From Paramoeba atlantica (lineage: Eukaryota > Protista > Discosea), in the NCBI GenBank assembly GCA_977017575.1, contig CDRNVI010000043.1, forward strand, positions 372,001-436,000: 64,000 bases of DNA, in the 5' to 3' direction. Below are positions 41,233 through 51,459 of the stretch, piece by piece. Every line of letters starts with the position of its first letter. Position 1 is the stretch's first letter. The notes beneath the pieces are model-generated. The model did no database searches, was not told where the DNA came from, and saw only the letters and a list, made by a program, of their open reading frames with translations. Position numbers and translations under genes: made by a program.

Positions 41233-42291
41233 CTACTGTTGTTTGCATTCCTTTTCGGGAGCTCCTTCTTTGTCGTTTGAAGTGTCTTTACTCGGGTCGA
41301 ATTTCGGTAGGCTAGTTGCATCATCAGGTCGAAAAATAACAGTGCCATCACCAGTGAACTGGCATCGACGCCCAGTAAAGTAATCCACCGCATGCGGTAT
41401 AATGTTGTTTTTGATTTCGCTACCAAGATCATAATCGTAATCAATTTCCGTTTCAAGTTGCTCGTATTCATCGTCTGAAATGTCTTCATCGCTGTCGATC
41501 ATGTCATCTTCTTGCGGTATGCGTGGCGGGTCAAAAAAGTTGAAAAAGGAATCGCACTTTTCTTCTTTTTCAACAACACGCGTCGTTTTCTTCGTCTTGT
41601 GTCTCTGCGTTTTCTTCTTTATTTGGACAGTGAGATTAGTAGAGCGATCAAGCCAGTCGATCTTTGTTCCTTTAGAGTTCGAAAGCACGCTCTCTCCATC
41701 TTCCAATTCCTTGTAATACGTCTTTGTTAACTTAACATTCTTAAAAAAAGGATTTGGCCGAAAGCCAAAATGCAGCTCGAAACCCTTTTCCGGGTTTTTC
41801 TCCAGGTAACAAACTGAAACATTTTCTAAATATTCCAATGCTGGTTTATCTTTGTCTTGAATATACTCGCGTAGCACATCACTTGATATCAGAGCATTGA
41901 TCCAAAAATTAGGGATCCCCTTCGCAACGCTAGTATCCTCTTGCGCGGTATTTTCTTCGACGGATTCATCGACTTCTAACAAAGCCTTTCCGCGGAGGAT
42001 TAGATCATCTGAAGGTTTCTCGTCACCCATGACAATGCGCCCTCGTTCTTCGTATGGTGCACGACAACATTCATCACATTTCATCTCAATTTCTCGTATT
42101 TTTCTATTGTATTCGTTCCGGAGATCCTGTATAGCTTTGTAGTTAGCTTTTAATGCATAGACAGTCCGCCGTTGAGGTATCGTCAATTGAGTGAGAATAG
42201 TCATTGTGTCTTCCCCTTCGCTCATCATTTCATCCATTTCATCGTACTCTTCAGAGCTGCTGCTGGTCTCCTCTCTAATTCGCATCGGCAT
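41233..42291 (-). CDS. NAP1: Nucleosome assembly protein 1
   Basis: KGIPNFWINAL, KDKPALEYL, FELHFGFRPNPFFKNVKLTKTY, GTKIDW, SFFNFFDPP, IIPHAVDYFTG. Confidence 0.93.
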   Translation of the reverse strand: MPMRIREETSSSSEEYDEMDEMMSEGEDTMTILTQLTIPQRRTVYALKANYKAIQDLRNEYNRKIREIEMKCDECCRAPYEERGRIVMGDEKPSDDLILRGKALLEVDESVEENTAQEDTSVAKGIPNFWINALISSDVLREYIQDKDKPALEYLENVSVCYLEKNPEKGFELHFGFRPNPFFKNVKLTKTYYKELEDGESVLSNSKGTKIDWLDRSTNLTVQIKKKTQRHKTKKTTRVVEKEEKCDSFFNFFDPPRIPQEDDMIDSDEDISDDEYEQLETEIDYDYDLGSEIKNNIIPHAVDYFTGRRCQFTGDGTVIFRPDDATSLPKFDPSKDTSNDKEGAPEKECKQQ

Positions 42292-42618
42292 TGCGTTGAT
42301 GTTAGGATGATACTATATATATTGCTAAATCGAAAATTTTAATACTACTGCAGCATAAATGAGGTATCCATGAATGTGCACAAGCTTGCGCATGTACAGT
42401 ACGCTAAAAAGAAAAACCAATTTGAAACAAGTGTCAAACTTCACCTAAATCGCTTGCATATAAGATTTCTGATAAAACACCCTTGAAAGCACAAATTGCA
42501 ACTACCCCAGAGATAAACGCATTTAATATCTGAAACTCCTTTACTTAAAGATTTCAATGTCATGGAAAAACGTCAAGAAATTTGCTGAATTTGTTACTTG
42601 TTAAGACCGAACCAGTTA

Positions 42619-44235
42619 TTACTGGGAAGCGCCGCGGCGACCTGCCTTCATAATCTCATCGACTAACAAAAGCTGCGAAGTTATTACCGCAGCTGCGTTT
42701 ACGAGTGCTCCTTTCACCGCAACATTGTCCCATATTCCTGCTTCCGTCGGATTAATAATGTTCCCACTGTTTACGTCCAACCCCACATACGTACTCTTCT
42801 CATTGGTTTCGAAGTCTCTAGCGTGCGCACTTTGCAATTCTATGAGGCTACCTTGGGCATCCAGTCCACTATTCTCTGCCAAAACCTTGGGAATAACTAA
42901 AAGGGCATCTGCAAAGGCACGTACACCAATCTTCTTCTTCCCATGCACGTTATCTGCTAGCTTCGTTAAGTGATGGTGACATGCAATTTCGAATGCCCCT
43001 GCTCCCGGAATGAGCGATTCGTCTTCAAGAGTATTCTTTAAACTCCGCAGACCGTCGCGAAGTGCATCCTTGACCTGTTCAATCGTATGATTGTTCGGAC
43101 CCTTCACTAGCAATGTGCCGGAGCGACACGACCGGACATCTTCCACGAATGTGTACTTTTCCTCGCCAAGAGTTTGCTCATGCACAAGCCCTGCGTAGCC
43201 CAAGACATCGGTAGTAAGGTTATCAAGTCCGCTAATTGCTTCACCACCGCAGGCACGCACGAGTCGCTCCATGTTACGCCTCTTTGCCCGGCGCAATGCC
43301 AGAATATTTTCCCCTGCCAGCATGTCGAGCGAAGGTGGATCAATGCCTTTCTGGTTAATTACAACCAAGTTTTTACCACACTTTCGTTTTAAGTCAATAA
43401 TTTGCTGAACCCTGTCATCAACAACCTTGCGCTCCGCTTTAGCCAGTGTTTCCTTCTTTAAAGGATCATCGTAATAGAAGTTCGCTCCCAGCTCAGAATT
43501 TTCATACTCAAGAGATACATTACATATTAAAATGTAAGTGTCCTCTACGCGCTTGGGCATGGCTTCGTGGCGGGCTCCGTGATCCAGCACAAGTCCATGA
43601 ATAAAAGACGTGTCCGTGGCCATTCGATGTTTCATGTGCATAATTTCAATCATATTCAAATCAATTTCACCGCCCTCTTCCCTGATTGTCTCTACCGCAT
43701 CGACCAATGCAACCGAGAGCTGTTGCGCAAATGCTTTACCGATTTTGGTACCAAGAGAGGTAAGCGCCACGTGGTGCATGATTTCTCTAGTCTTCGATGA
43801 TTCCTTTAGAAAAACCTCAACACTAAACTCCTTTATAAATTCTGTGGCAGCCTGTCGGGCGATGTCAATGCCCTCAGTAAGGATTCTGGGGTGCATCCCT
43901 TCCTGGAGGAATCTTTCGCACTGTCGGAGAAGTTCACCGATTAGAAGCACTGTACTTGTAGTCCCATCCCCCGTAATGTCGTCATTCGCAGTTGCTGCAC
44001 GCGCAATCATAATGGCGGTTGGATGTTGGATTTGCATCTCGGTCAGGAGAACATTTCCGTCCTTCGTAAGCTTTATTTGACCAGCTCCTCCGACCAGCAT
44101 TTTGAGAGTTCCCTTCGGCCCGAGGTTGCTCTTTAATACTTCATACAGTCCTCGAGCCGCAGATAAGTTGATTGCTAGGGCAGAAGCCTTGTTTGCGGCG
44201 ACCCCACCTTGATTTAAATATGACAAGCTTTGCAT
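42619..44235 (-). CDS. CCT6: T-complex protein 1 subunit zeta
   Basis: SNLGPKGTLKMLVGGAGQIKLTKDG, ITGDGTT, HGLVLDHGARH, NQKGIDP, ALRRAKRRNMERL, QLLLVDEIMKAG. Confidence 0.97.
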   Translation of the reverse strand: MQSLSYLNQGGVAANKASALAINLSAARGLYEVLKSNLGPKGTLKMLVGGAGQIKLTKDGNVLLTEMQIQHPTAIMIARAATANDDITGDGTTSTVLLIGELLRQCERFLQEGMHPRILTEGIDIARQAATEFIKEFSVEVFLKESSKTREIMHHVALTSLGTKIGKAFAQQLSVALVDAVETIREEGGEIDLNMIEIMHMKHRMATDTSFIHGLVLDHGARHEAMPKRVEDTYILICNVSLEYENSELGANFYYDDPLKKETLAKAERKVVDDRVQQIIDLKRKCGKNLVVINQKGIDPPSLDMLAGENILALRRAKRRNMERLVRACGGEAISGLDNLTTDVLGYAGLVHEQTLGEEKYTFVEDVRSCRSGTLLVKGPNNHTIEQVKDALRDGLRSLKNTLEDESLIPGAGAFEIACHHHLTKLADNVHGKKKIGVRAFADALLVIPKVLAENSGLDAQGSLIELQSAHARDFETNEKSTYVGLDVNSGNIINPTEAGIWDNVAVKGALVNAAAVITSQLLLVDEIMKAGRRGASQ

Positions 44236-44386
44236 TTAATAAATTTACAATAGTAGGAAATGATACATGCAAAAAGTGATGAAACGATAGTTAAAAGTGA
44301 CACAGAGAATGATAAACGCTAGAAACTACATACTACATAGACGTAATACACGTAGACTGTAAAAACAAGATAATAACAAACATGGG

Positions 44387-44851
44387 TCAGACGCTTTCCG
44401 ACTTCTCGTTGAACACATGAAATAGATCATGTAAATCTTGATCATTTAAAGGAGCATGCCTAACTTTCTCCAATAAATGAAGTATTCGAACTAACCACCT
44501 TTGTCGTATTTCAAAGTCTCTATCTTCATTACGTCGATGTTCTTCTTGCCGTTGCGCATAGGGTTTGAGAAAATAATTTATTTCGTAATGAAGTCTCAAG
44601 TTGTAAAGAGTAAGTGCTGTAAAAGCCGCAATCCACAAAATAAATCTAAACTTCGTATATCGGCGTTGGTACTCTATGTCTACCTCACGTAGCAAATAAG
44701 GTGCAAGTTGTGGGTCTCGTCGGGCAAACACGTCTAGCTGACGACCGATAACGCCTTCCTTCGTAGATGTATTAAGAAACGGGCGTCGGGCAGCACTCAG
44801 TACTGCGACGCTGCCTATTCGCCAAGGCAGTATTCTTTTCCGAACAATCAT
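44387..44851 (-). CDS. Small single-pass membrane protein, possibly mitochondrial
   Basis: Basic N-terminus, TM FRFILWIAAFTALTLYNL, charged C-terminal helix. Confidence 0.6.
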   Translation of the reverse strand: MIVRKRILPWRIGSVAVLSAARRPFLNTSTKEGVIGRQLDVFARRDPQLAPYLLREVDIEYQRRYTKFRFILWIAAFTALTLYNLRLHYEINYFLKPYAQRQEEHRRNEDRDFEIRQRWLVRILHLLEKVRHAPLNDQDLHDLFHVFNEKSESV

Positions 44852-45151
44852 GCAAGCGCCAAGGAAACTTGAATATCTAAAGTGTTCTAATTTTGATGAA
44901 AAGTAGGCAGAAATGTTTTACACGTAAAAAAATGGTAGAATTGTGTAGGTAATTTTTTCTTCGTACGTCAAAGAACTTACATAATTTCATGAACAATAAG
45001 AGGTATGGGAGTGACGTGTACAGCATTGATAAAGTGTGATCTAAAGTCGGCGATCTAGTCATTTACCGAACCATCTGCATTATATTCAAGCTTATTCTCA
45101 ATGTAAGAGTTCCGAATTCGTGATCTTTCTTGCAAGGTCTCGTATTGCGCC

Positions 45152-45301
45152 CTAGTGCCTTCTGTGTTTCCTATTTTCTCGATGAATTAACTCATTCCGC
45201 ACAATGTGAAAAACAGCTGTGAGCGTAATCCCGGCGAATACAAGATCTCTTCCTCGTGACTGAATGAAGTTTTGCAGTCGATTCCTAACTTGCTGAAACA
45301 T
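45152..45301 (-). CDS. Putative 49-aa membrane micro-protein (below ORF-track threshold)
   Basis: Manual translation: MFQQVRNRLQNFIQSRGRDLVFAGITLTAVFHIVRNELIHRENRKHRRH*; cluster strand, one hydrophobic segment. Confidence 0.35.
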   Translation of the reverse strand: MFQQVRNRLQNFIQSRGRDLVFAGITLTAVFHIVRNELIHRENRKHRRH

Positions 45302-45699
45302 GAAAATATGCCAAAAAGGATGAAAAACTAGTTTGAGTGTCAGGATATTGGAGATTTTTTGAAGATTTGCGCCTTCATGAACGCCGGTCTATGTGTGTAC
45401 CTTGTATAGATTGTGTAATGTGTGAATAATAAAATAATCTTTCTGTATCACCACTACGTTTAGGACTTTAGAAGTATGTTTGATTACATTGTTTGTTCAC
45501 ACAAATCACCGGAGCCTGCGCAGAGAGTATGCTACTTCAAAACGGCTGTCCGATTTGCTTGGAAAGAGGAACCCTGTACTGTACTCTTTAGAATTTTTGA
45601 TATTCACAGATGTATGGTACGATGTACAATGTATGTATAAAACAACTACACCTATATCTAGCACACATTCAGCATGACAAAGACAAGAACCTTTCATTT

Positions 45700-46881
45700 T
45701 CAAAGCACCTTATCACTGGTGACCCCTTGCTCGTTGTTCTGAACCCCACCGTAGTCGACGTAAAACCACGTCTTCGGGGTGTGACTCGTTACCTTACCGT
45801 ATTTATCCAACTGTCCAGCGGCAATCAGCTTTCGCTTCTCCAGCGCCTGAGGCCCGAGACCCCAGCGTCGGGGATACACATTGCGATCCATAATCACTCG
45901 TTTCAACACGGCAACAATCCCATACTCCGCGGAAGCCACTTGCGAGGCAGTCATTTGCGCCACCCCCAAAGCAACGGCCTCTCCTTTTGACGTCAACAGC
46001 ACGATCACCTGGGAGACATCAATCCCGTTGTCATAGCGCAACACGCCCTGGACCATCAGCTTAGCGCCGTAGCACAGCGCGTTAACTGTCGTGTCCTTCA
46101 CCACGACCCGTTTATGCCGCGTAAGTATGGACTCGCACGGGGAGATCACCTGCCGCAGATACCACTCCTCGGCCTTCGTGTGGTACAGCCAGGCAGCGTC
46201 CATCACGTCATGCATTGTCACCAGATTGTCCTGCTCCGTTACGCTGCCGGTCCGGGAGCGCCGCAGCTCCTCCATGTGGGCCCCCACCCCGAGCAGCAGG
46301 CCGAGATGGACACACAGCGTCCGCACGTACGTCCCCGCCTCGCAGTCCACACGAAAGATGGCAAGATTTCGCTTCTTGTCGTACTCAATAAGTTGATTTT
46401 CGTATATCGTTCGGATACGAAGTTGCCTTTTCACGGCAGACTGTACGGGAGGGCGTTGGAAAAGTGCCCCGGTGAGTGTGTCGAGGGCGTGGAGCAACGA
46501 TCGTTTCCCACCGGGCAGGGCTCCGTGAAGTTTGAGTACAGCCATGTATTCTTTGCCCGCATTTTGTTGCGACTTCACTAAACGAGTGGCGCGATTCAAA
46601 CACACAATCAGATTTCCTGTAACTTTGGGGTCCAGTGTGCCACTGTGTCCCGTTTTTTCACACCGCAGGATGCGTTTAATCCAACTCACGACCTCATGGC
46701 TGCTGGGGTTGGAAGGTTTGTCGAGGTTTAGCATGCCGTAGTTGATGTACTCGCGGATAGGACGTGTTTCTGGGGTCCAGCCTGCTTCAATGGCGACGAA
46801 ATTTCTAGCTTTCACATTCATCGACTCATAATCGTACAAGAGGCGGGAGGAAAATTTCACCTCCTCAGGCGTGTCAGACAT
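45700..46881 (-). CDS. CBF5: H/ACA snoRNP pseudouridine synthase Cbf5/dyskerin
   Basis: [51 protein letters not shown] domain, PRRWGLGP; lacks the lysine-rich tail. Confidence 0.97.
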   Translation of the reverse strand: MSDTPEEVKFSSRLLYDYESMNVKARNFVAIEAGWTPETRPIREYINYGMLNLDKPSNPSSHEVVSWIKRILRCEKTGHSGTLDPKVTGNLIVCLNRATRLVKSQQNAGKEYMAVLKLHGALPGGKRSLLHALDTLTGALFQRPPVQSAVKRQLRIRTIYENQLIEYDKKRNLAIFRVDCEAGTYVRTLCVHLGLLLGVGAHMEELRRSRTGSVTEQDNLVTMHDVMDAAWLYHTKAEEWYLRQVISPCESILTRHKRVVVKDTTVNALCYGAKLMVQGVLRYDNGIDVSQVIVLLTSKGEAVALGVAQMTASQVASAEYGIVAVLKRVIMDRNVYPRRWGLGPQALEKRKLIAAGQLDKYGKVTSHTPKTWFYVDYGGVQNNEQGVTSDKVL

Positions 46882-47036
46882 TTTTAGAAGAACAGTATGT
46901 CTTATCTCTAGTCAGTAGCTTACTGATCGAAATATTTACTAAACCTGGGACGACGATGCCAGAAAAGATTATTGTTGCATGTTGATAACCAATAACATTG
47001 TTTACAAGTTTAATGACAAGAGGATACCTTTCGTCT

Positions 47037-48884
47037 TCATTTTAGTTTATTAGAATTTAGACCATGCGTAATTTTCTTAGTCCATTTAAGGTGTCGTTTA
47101 GATGCGTCTTTGCAAAATTTCGACTCGGAACGTAAACTGGACGAAAGCAAGACATCCGCATCTTGCAATTTCTCGCGTAATTTTTGAAGCTTTTGAATAT
47201 CCGACTGAATATCTTCCATGTATTTGCGCAATCCTGAAATAGAATTATTCTTCAAACGTTCGCGTACATCAAAATTCTTTACTTTAGACTCAAATTTCTC
47301 AAGCATTGAAAGAATATCTTGTCTCTTTCGCTCTACACTATTTTGCTTGAGTGCTGTTTCGTCCAAGTCGGAAGATAATAGTTGCTGCAGCTTCTGTAAT
47401 CGACCGTTCTCTTCTTCAACGCGTGATGATATAGAGTTGATATGATTCTGAACTTTTTCGCATTTAGCAAGATAATTCCTCTTCTGCTTACGTTCAAACT
47501 TTATCTGATCTAGTAATTTCGAAGTACGGCTCAATGCATCAGATTCTGTAGTCGAACAATCATGTTTCACAGAATTAAAAGTCTTTCTTAGGTATTCGTT
47601 GTTATGCCGACGCTCACGAATTGCGTTTTCTAGATCATGAAGCTTTAATCCAACGAACTCATTCTCTTTTTCAAAGCTTTTACTTGCCTCATCCTTCGCA
47701 CCACTTTCCAGCATTAGTTGTTCGTAAACACGCTTTTCTTCTTTCTCTGCAAGTAAGTATTCAAGCAAAGCTTCTTCACTGACAGCCTGGCGTGACTCTA
47801 CAGTGCGTGCAAGGTTTAAGGCCTCGTCCTTGTGAACTTCATGAAACAAATAAAGCTCCTTCTTTAGCTCTTTAGTATCGCGCTGAAGCAAAGCGATCTC
47901 CAGGTTTAGATCTGTTGTTATGAATCCTGTAACAGGGGTAGCTCGTGCCAAATTCGTCGCGCATAAGACACGGTACACATTCTCCTCGTTTCCTGTAGCG
48001 TTTACTTTTATATGAAGAAATGTGTCAGAACCATAAAGAGAACCTGAAGAATCCGTATTTGTGTAACTCGATTTTAGGTACTTGGTAACGCCGCGCTTCC
48101 GAAAAGGGAGCCGAAGCCGATGACAATATATGGCAGTAAGAAGAGCGAAAACAGAGGAAAGTGATTGTTCGGCTCTATGGTACTTGTAGCTATCTTGTAT
48201 GTTGAGTCCACATAGTGGAGGACGTGCACGCATCCCTAGAATAATTACGTCCATCTTGATATTTCTACGGTCAGGAGTAAACAGTTGACACTCTATCGCA
48301 AAGTCAATGCAGTCCTTTCTTCCACGAGAGTCTGCGGACTCTGTTGTCGAAATTACATGTTCAGTACGTTCACCAATTTCTTTGATGAGCTCATCAGCTA
48401 CTTCGTCGATGTCCATACTTGAACGAACCGTAAGAACTCCTGAAGATGCTCTTCTAAAGTATGGAATCTCGTGGAGCCGTTCGTCACTGGAAGATGGAAT
48501 AATGTAATGCTCGTTTTCCTCCCTATCGTACCCTGTACAGGTCAATTCCAAACGATAATTTTGTCCGTCTAAAACCTTTGAAAAAGCATCTCGCAACAGA
48601 GCACAGAAAGTATTCTTTGTTATCTTTTCTTCATCGCTATGCATGAAAACAACTGCGTTTCTTCCACGGGATAGAGCATGCTCTATACGGGATGTAAAGT
48701 CTCTGAGCTTTGAACTCTGTGCACCACTTGAAACACTGTTAGAAGGGAAAAAAGCCCTCGTGCGTAGCTCATCACGACCTGTGAACGCAACTCCACCCTC
48801 TACTTCCTCCACGAAGAGATCTGCTGCAGACGTGGGGAGATGTTCAATTTGTACATGAGTATGTAACATTAAGGTAGTTAACAA
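47037..48884 (-). CDS. Degenerate kinesin-like protein with long coiled coil
   Basis: QSLSSVFALLTAI...LRLPFRKRGVTKYLKSSY resembles kinesin KSLSALGNVI...IPYRDSKLTRLLQDSL; no P-loop recognisable; the C-terminal half is coiled coil. Confidence 0.55.
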   Translation of the reverse strand: MLTTLMLHTHVQIEHLPTSAADLFVEEVEGGVAFTGRDELRTRAFFPSNSVSSGAQSSKLRDFTSRIEHALSRGRNAVVFMHSDEEKITKNTFCALLRDAFSKVLDGQNYRLELTCTGYDREENEHYIIPSSSDERLHEIPYFRRASSGVLTVRSSMDIDEVADELIKEIGERTEHVISTTESADSRGRKDCIDFAIECQLFTPDRRNIKMDVIILGMRARPPLCGLNIQDSYKYHRAEQSLSSVFALLTAIYCHRLRLPFRKRGVTKYLKSSYTNTDSSGSLYGSDTFLHIKVNATGNEENVYRVLCATNLARATPVTGFITTDLNLEIALLQRDTKELKKELYLFHEVHKDEALNLARTVESRQAVSEEALLEYLLAEKEEKRVYEQLMLESGAKDEASKSFEKENEFVGLKLHDLENAIRERRHNNEYLRKTFNSVKHDCSTTESDALSRTSKLLDQIKFERKQKRNYLAKCEKVQNHINSISSRVEEENGRLQKLQQLLSSDLDETALKQNSVERKRQDILSMLEKFESKVKNFDVRERLKNNSISGLRKYMEDIQSDIQKLQKLREKLQDADVLLSSSLRSESKFCKDASKRHLKWTKKITHGLNSNKLK

Positions 48885-49196
48885 ATTCTTTGGTGACTTT
48901 TTGTACTTTTGAAAACTACTGTAGATGTCTTTGGGAAATGTTCTCGCAAACCTACTTCAATAATTAAATACTTGGTCTCTCGCATAAACAATTTTCGGAG
49001 GAACATTAAGCAGTGCAGTAGTTGTGCTACACTGTTGTCAAGCATTCTGGTGAGTCATTTATCTAATTCCGGAGTGTTTGTCCGTATGTCAAGCAGCACG
49101 TAGTTTCTGCCGAAACTCGCTTAGCTAAAGCGTACGAACGCGTACGGTAAAATATTCCTCTATTTTTGTAGCATTACATTCCACAAACGCTTTTCA

Positions 49197-49964
49197 TTAT
49201 TTTTTACATTCCCTGATGCACTCATCAATGATCCACGAGGAAACGTTGCCATTGCAATACGTGTCAAGCACAGTTACACCTCTTTTATTTTTTATAAACG
49301 CAACAGAAATTGTGGCATAGCAATCAGTAAGATCATAAGCGGTGGGATTACGAATTATGACCGAATTAGACGCTTCAGGGCGGGTTTTTAGTGTATTCAA
49401 AAAGTTATCGGTACCGATCTCTTCCTTTCTTCGAACACCAAAACAATTACATTGAGCAAACCTTTCCTTTCTCACCCAGTTCAGAGCCTTTCCTGTTTTA
49501 CTGAACGGCAGTCCTGCGCTTTCTTCACTTAGTTCAAGCTCGGGAACACTTGCATTAGCTAACAAACTCGTCAAGGCATCCAAACAGACGGGTAATATGT
49601 TCCCATCGGCGTTTATTACAGTAAGTTCTATATGTAGTAAATAGACTGCTTCTCCATCAGCGACGCTTAGTTTATCTAATTCCAGTGCATCACTGGAGCG
49701 AAGGACATTCTCAAGCCTTAGAGCCAGTGCCGCATGTGAAACGCGAAGCTTATTGGCACTCGTATGCTCTGCAAAGTCGAATGGTGCAAAGACTCGAACG
49801 GTATAGAATCCGTCGTTGGGTCGCTTGGGTAGAGGAGGGCTCAACTGCCCGTAAAGTACGGCGGTGACGACTGTATTGCCTCTCTTTGAGACTGCGTTGC
49901 CGTATGTGCTACTTGGAAAAAGATTTTGTTGAACCTGGACAGGACTATGGCTGCACATTAGCAA
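49197..49964 (-). CDS. Exosome RNase PH-fold subunit (Rrp43/Rrp42-like)
   Basis: GNAVSKRGNTVV, ALELDKLSV, LHIELTVINADGNILPVCLDALTSLL. Confidence 0.8.
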   Translation of the reverse strand: MLMCSHSPVQVQQNLFPSSTYGNAVSKRGNTVVTAVLYGQLSPPLPKRPNDGFYTVRVFAPFDFAEHTSANKLRVSHAALALRLENVLRSSDALELDKLSVADGEAVYLLHIELTVINADGNILPVCLDALTSLLANASVPELELSEESAGLPFSKTGKALNWVRKERFAQCNCFGVRRKEEIGTDNFLNTLKTRPEASNSVIIRNPTAYDLTDCYATISVAFIKNKRGVTVLDTYCNGNVSSWIIDECIRECKK

Positions 49965-50312
49965 GAAACAAATCTAGAAAAAATAATCAGTTAAAAATTC
50001 ATGTAGAATTTGTACGAAACGGGAATATTAAGCCTTGTTTTGGCTTTTACACAATAAGACTATACAGTGAGTCGCCAAATGGAAGCATAGTTTTACCCGA
50101 GTTTTACCCTGTACAATATTTCGAACGACAAAAAGCGTTCATGTTCGACGCATAATTTATGAATCACGTACGAGTTTCATTATCATTGTTTACATCAGTT
50201 GCGTAGGGCTGTGTTAATGCACGATTGTACAGCACTGTATTGCATTTCAAGATCGTGGATAAATTGTTGTGTGCATTGCCTGGAATGTGGATTTTACACT
50301 AAGGTTGACGAT

Positions 50313-51116
50313 CTATTTTCTTTTTCTTGAAAGCTTCTTGTTTCGTTTGGAGCAACGCCCATGGGCCTTTAATCTTTTTAATCTTGTTAATTCAGATTGC
50401 ACATATTTTTTATTTGAGAAACTGTTCGCTTTGTCTTTGCGATTTGTCTGATACTGTCTTTTACCTCGAAAGCTATTCAACGTGTGACCTGTTGACTCAA
50501 TGTAGTCAGCTTTCATGTTATCTTCTATTAGCTTCGGTCGCGAAACAAAAGTATCAATATCGATCGATTTTGTAGACACAACAACAGTGCCGAATCTTTG
50601 TTCTGAAAGGAACTCATCTCCATCTTCTTGAGGCGCACTTGATGTTTGCTCTCCTGTAGAAATAATTCTCCCGTTGCACACTAGAGCACTGCTACCCACA
50701 AGGAATTTTGAATGCTCTACTTCACCTGAAGGTTGAAAGGTAAAATCGGGTTTAATTGGATGTTGCATCATCTCATTGTACTGCTGTCTTGCTGCTTCAC
50801 GTCTATCTTTCCGCTCTGTGCGGATTTTTTTGGTATGAGACCGACGCTTCTGCATTGATGCGTTCACACGCCTTTCGTTTTTTCGTCTATGAAATCCCGT
50901 AAGAAATTCCTCTCGAGAACTACTATCAAAGCTGATCTCCTTGGGCTGAATTGCATTCTTCTTCGACTTGCGCGTTCCTCGTGTTTCTAAGTATTTCGCA
51001 TTTCTGTCCGAGCGGAATCCTTTGCGCTTTGAATAAACTTTCTCTTCCCGAACGCCGCTTCCTATTTTCACCATAGTGCGGATATTACTTTCCTCATAAA
51101 TACCCAAGAAAACCAA
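50313..51116 (-). CDS. RRP17: Rrp17/NOL12 ribosome biogenesis protein
   Basis: EISFDSSSREEFLTGFHRRKNERR signature; basic C-terminus. Confidence 0.85.
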   Translation of the reverse strand: MVFLGIYEESNIRTMVKIGSGVREEKVYSKRKGFRSDRNAKYLETRGTRKSKKNAIQPKEISFDSSSREEFLTGFHRRKNERRVNASMQKRRSHTKKIRTERKDRREAARQQYNEMMQHPIKPDFTFQPSGEVEHSKFLVGSSALVCNGRIISTGEQTSSAPQEDGDEFLSEQRFGTVVVSTKSIDIDTFVSRPKLIEDNMKADYIESTGHTLNSFRGKRQYQTNRKDKANSFSNKKYVQSELTRLKRLKAHGRCSKRNKKLSRKRK

Positions 51117-51459
51117 TCACTCACAAAGAATACATACACGACATAAATAAGGCGCACTTAGCTTTGTGAAAACTGGGTTTGGAAGTAACCTAAATAAATA
51201 TTATCTCAGCTCTAATGTTCTCTAATGTTCAGTATGAGTACCCAAAATAATTCATCACACAAATATAAAAGGAGTGAAATATAAAAGTAGTAACAACATA
51301 AACACTGTTGTAATGAGACAGTATGACTGCACAAAATGGTAAACTGTTATTCTTTGCACAAAAACCGCACTCGTAGTAAATTCCCCCGACAAGGATAACT
51401 ACATTTCAACAATTCCGTGTCTTAAACCAATATACGAAACTGCTATTGTTGTATACGTT

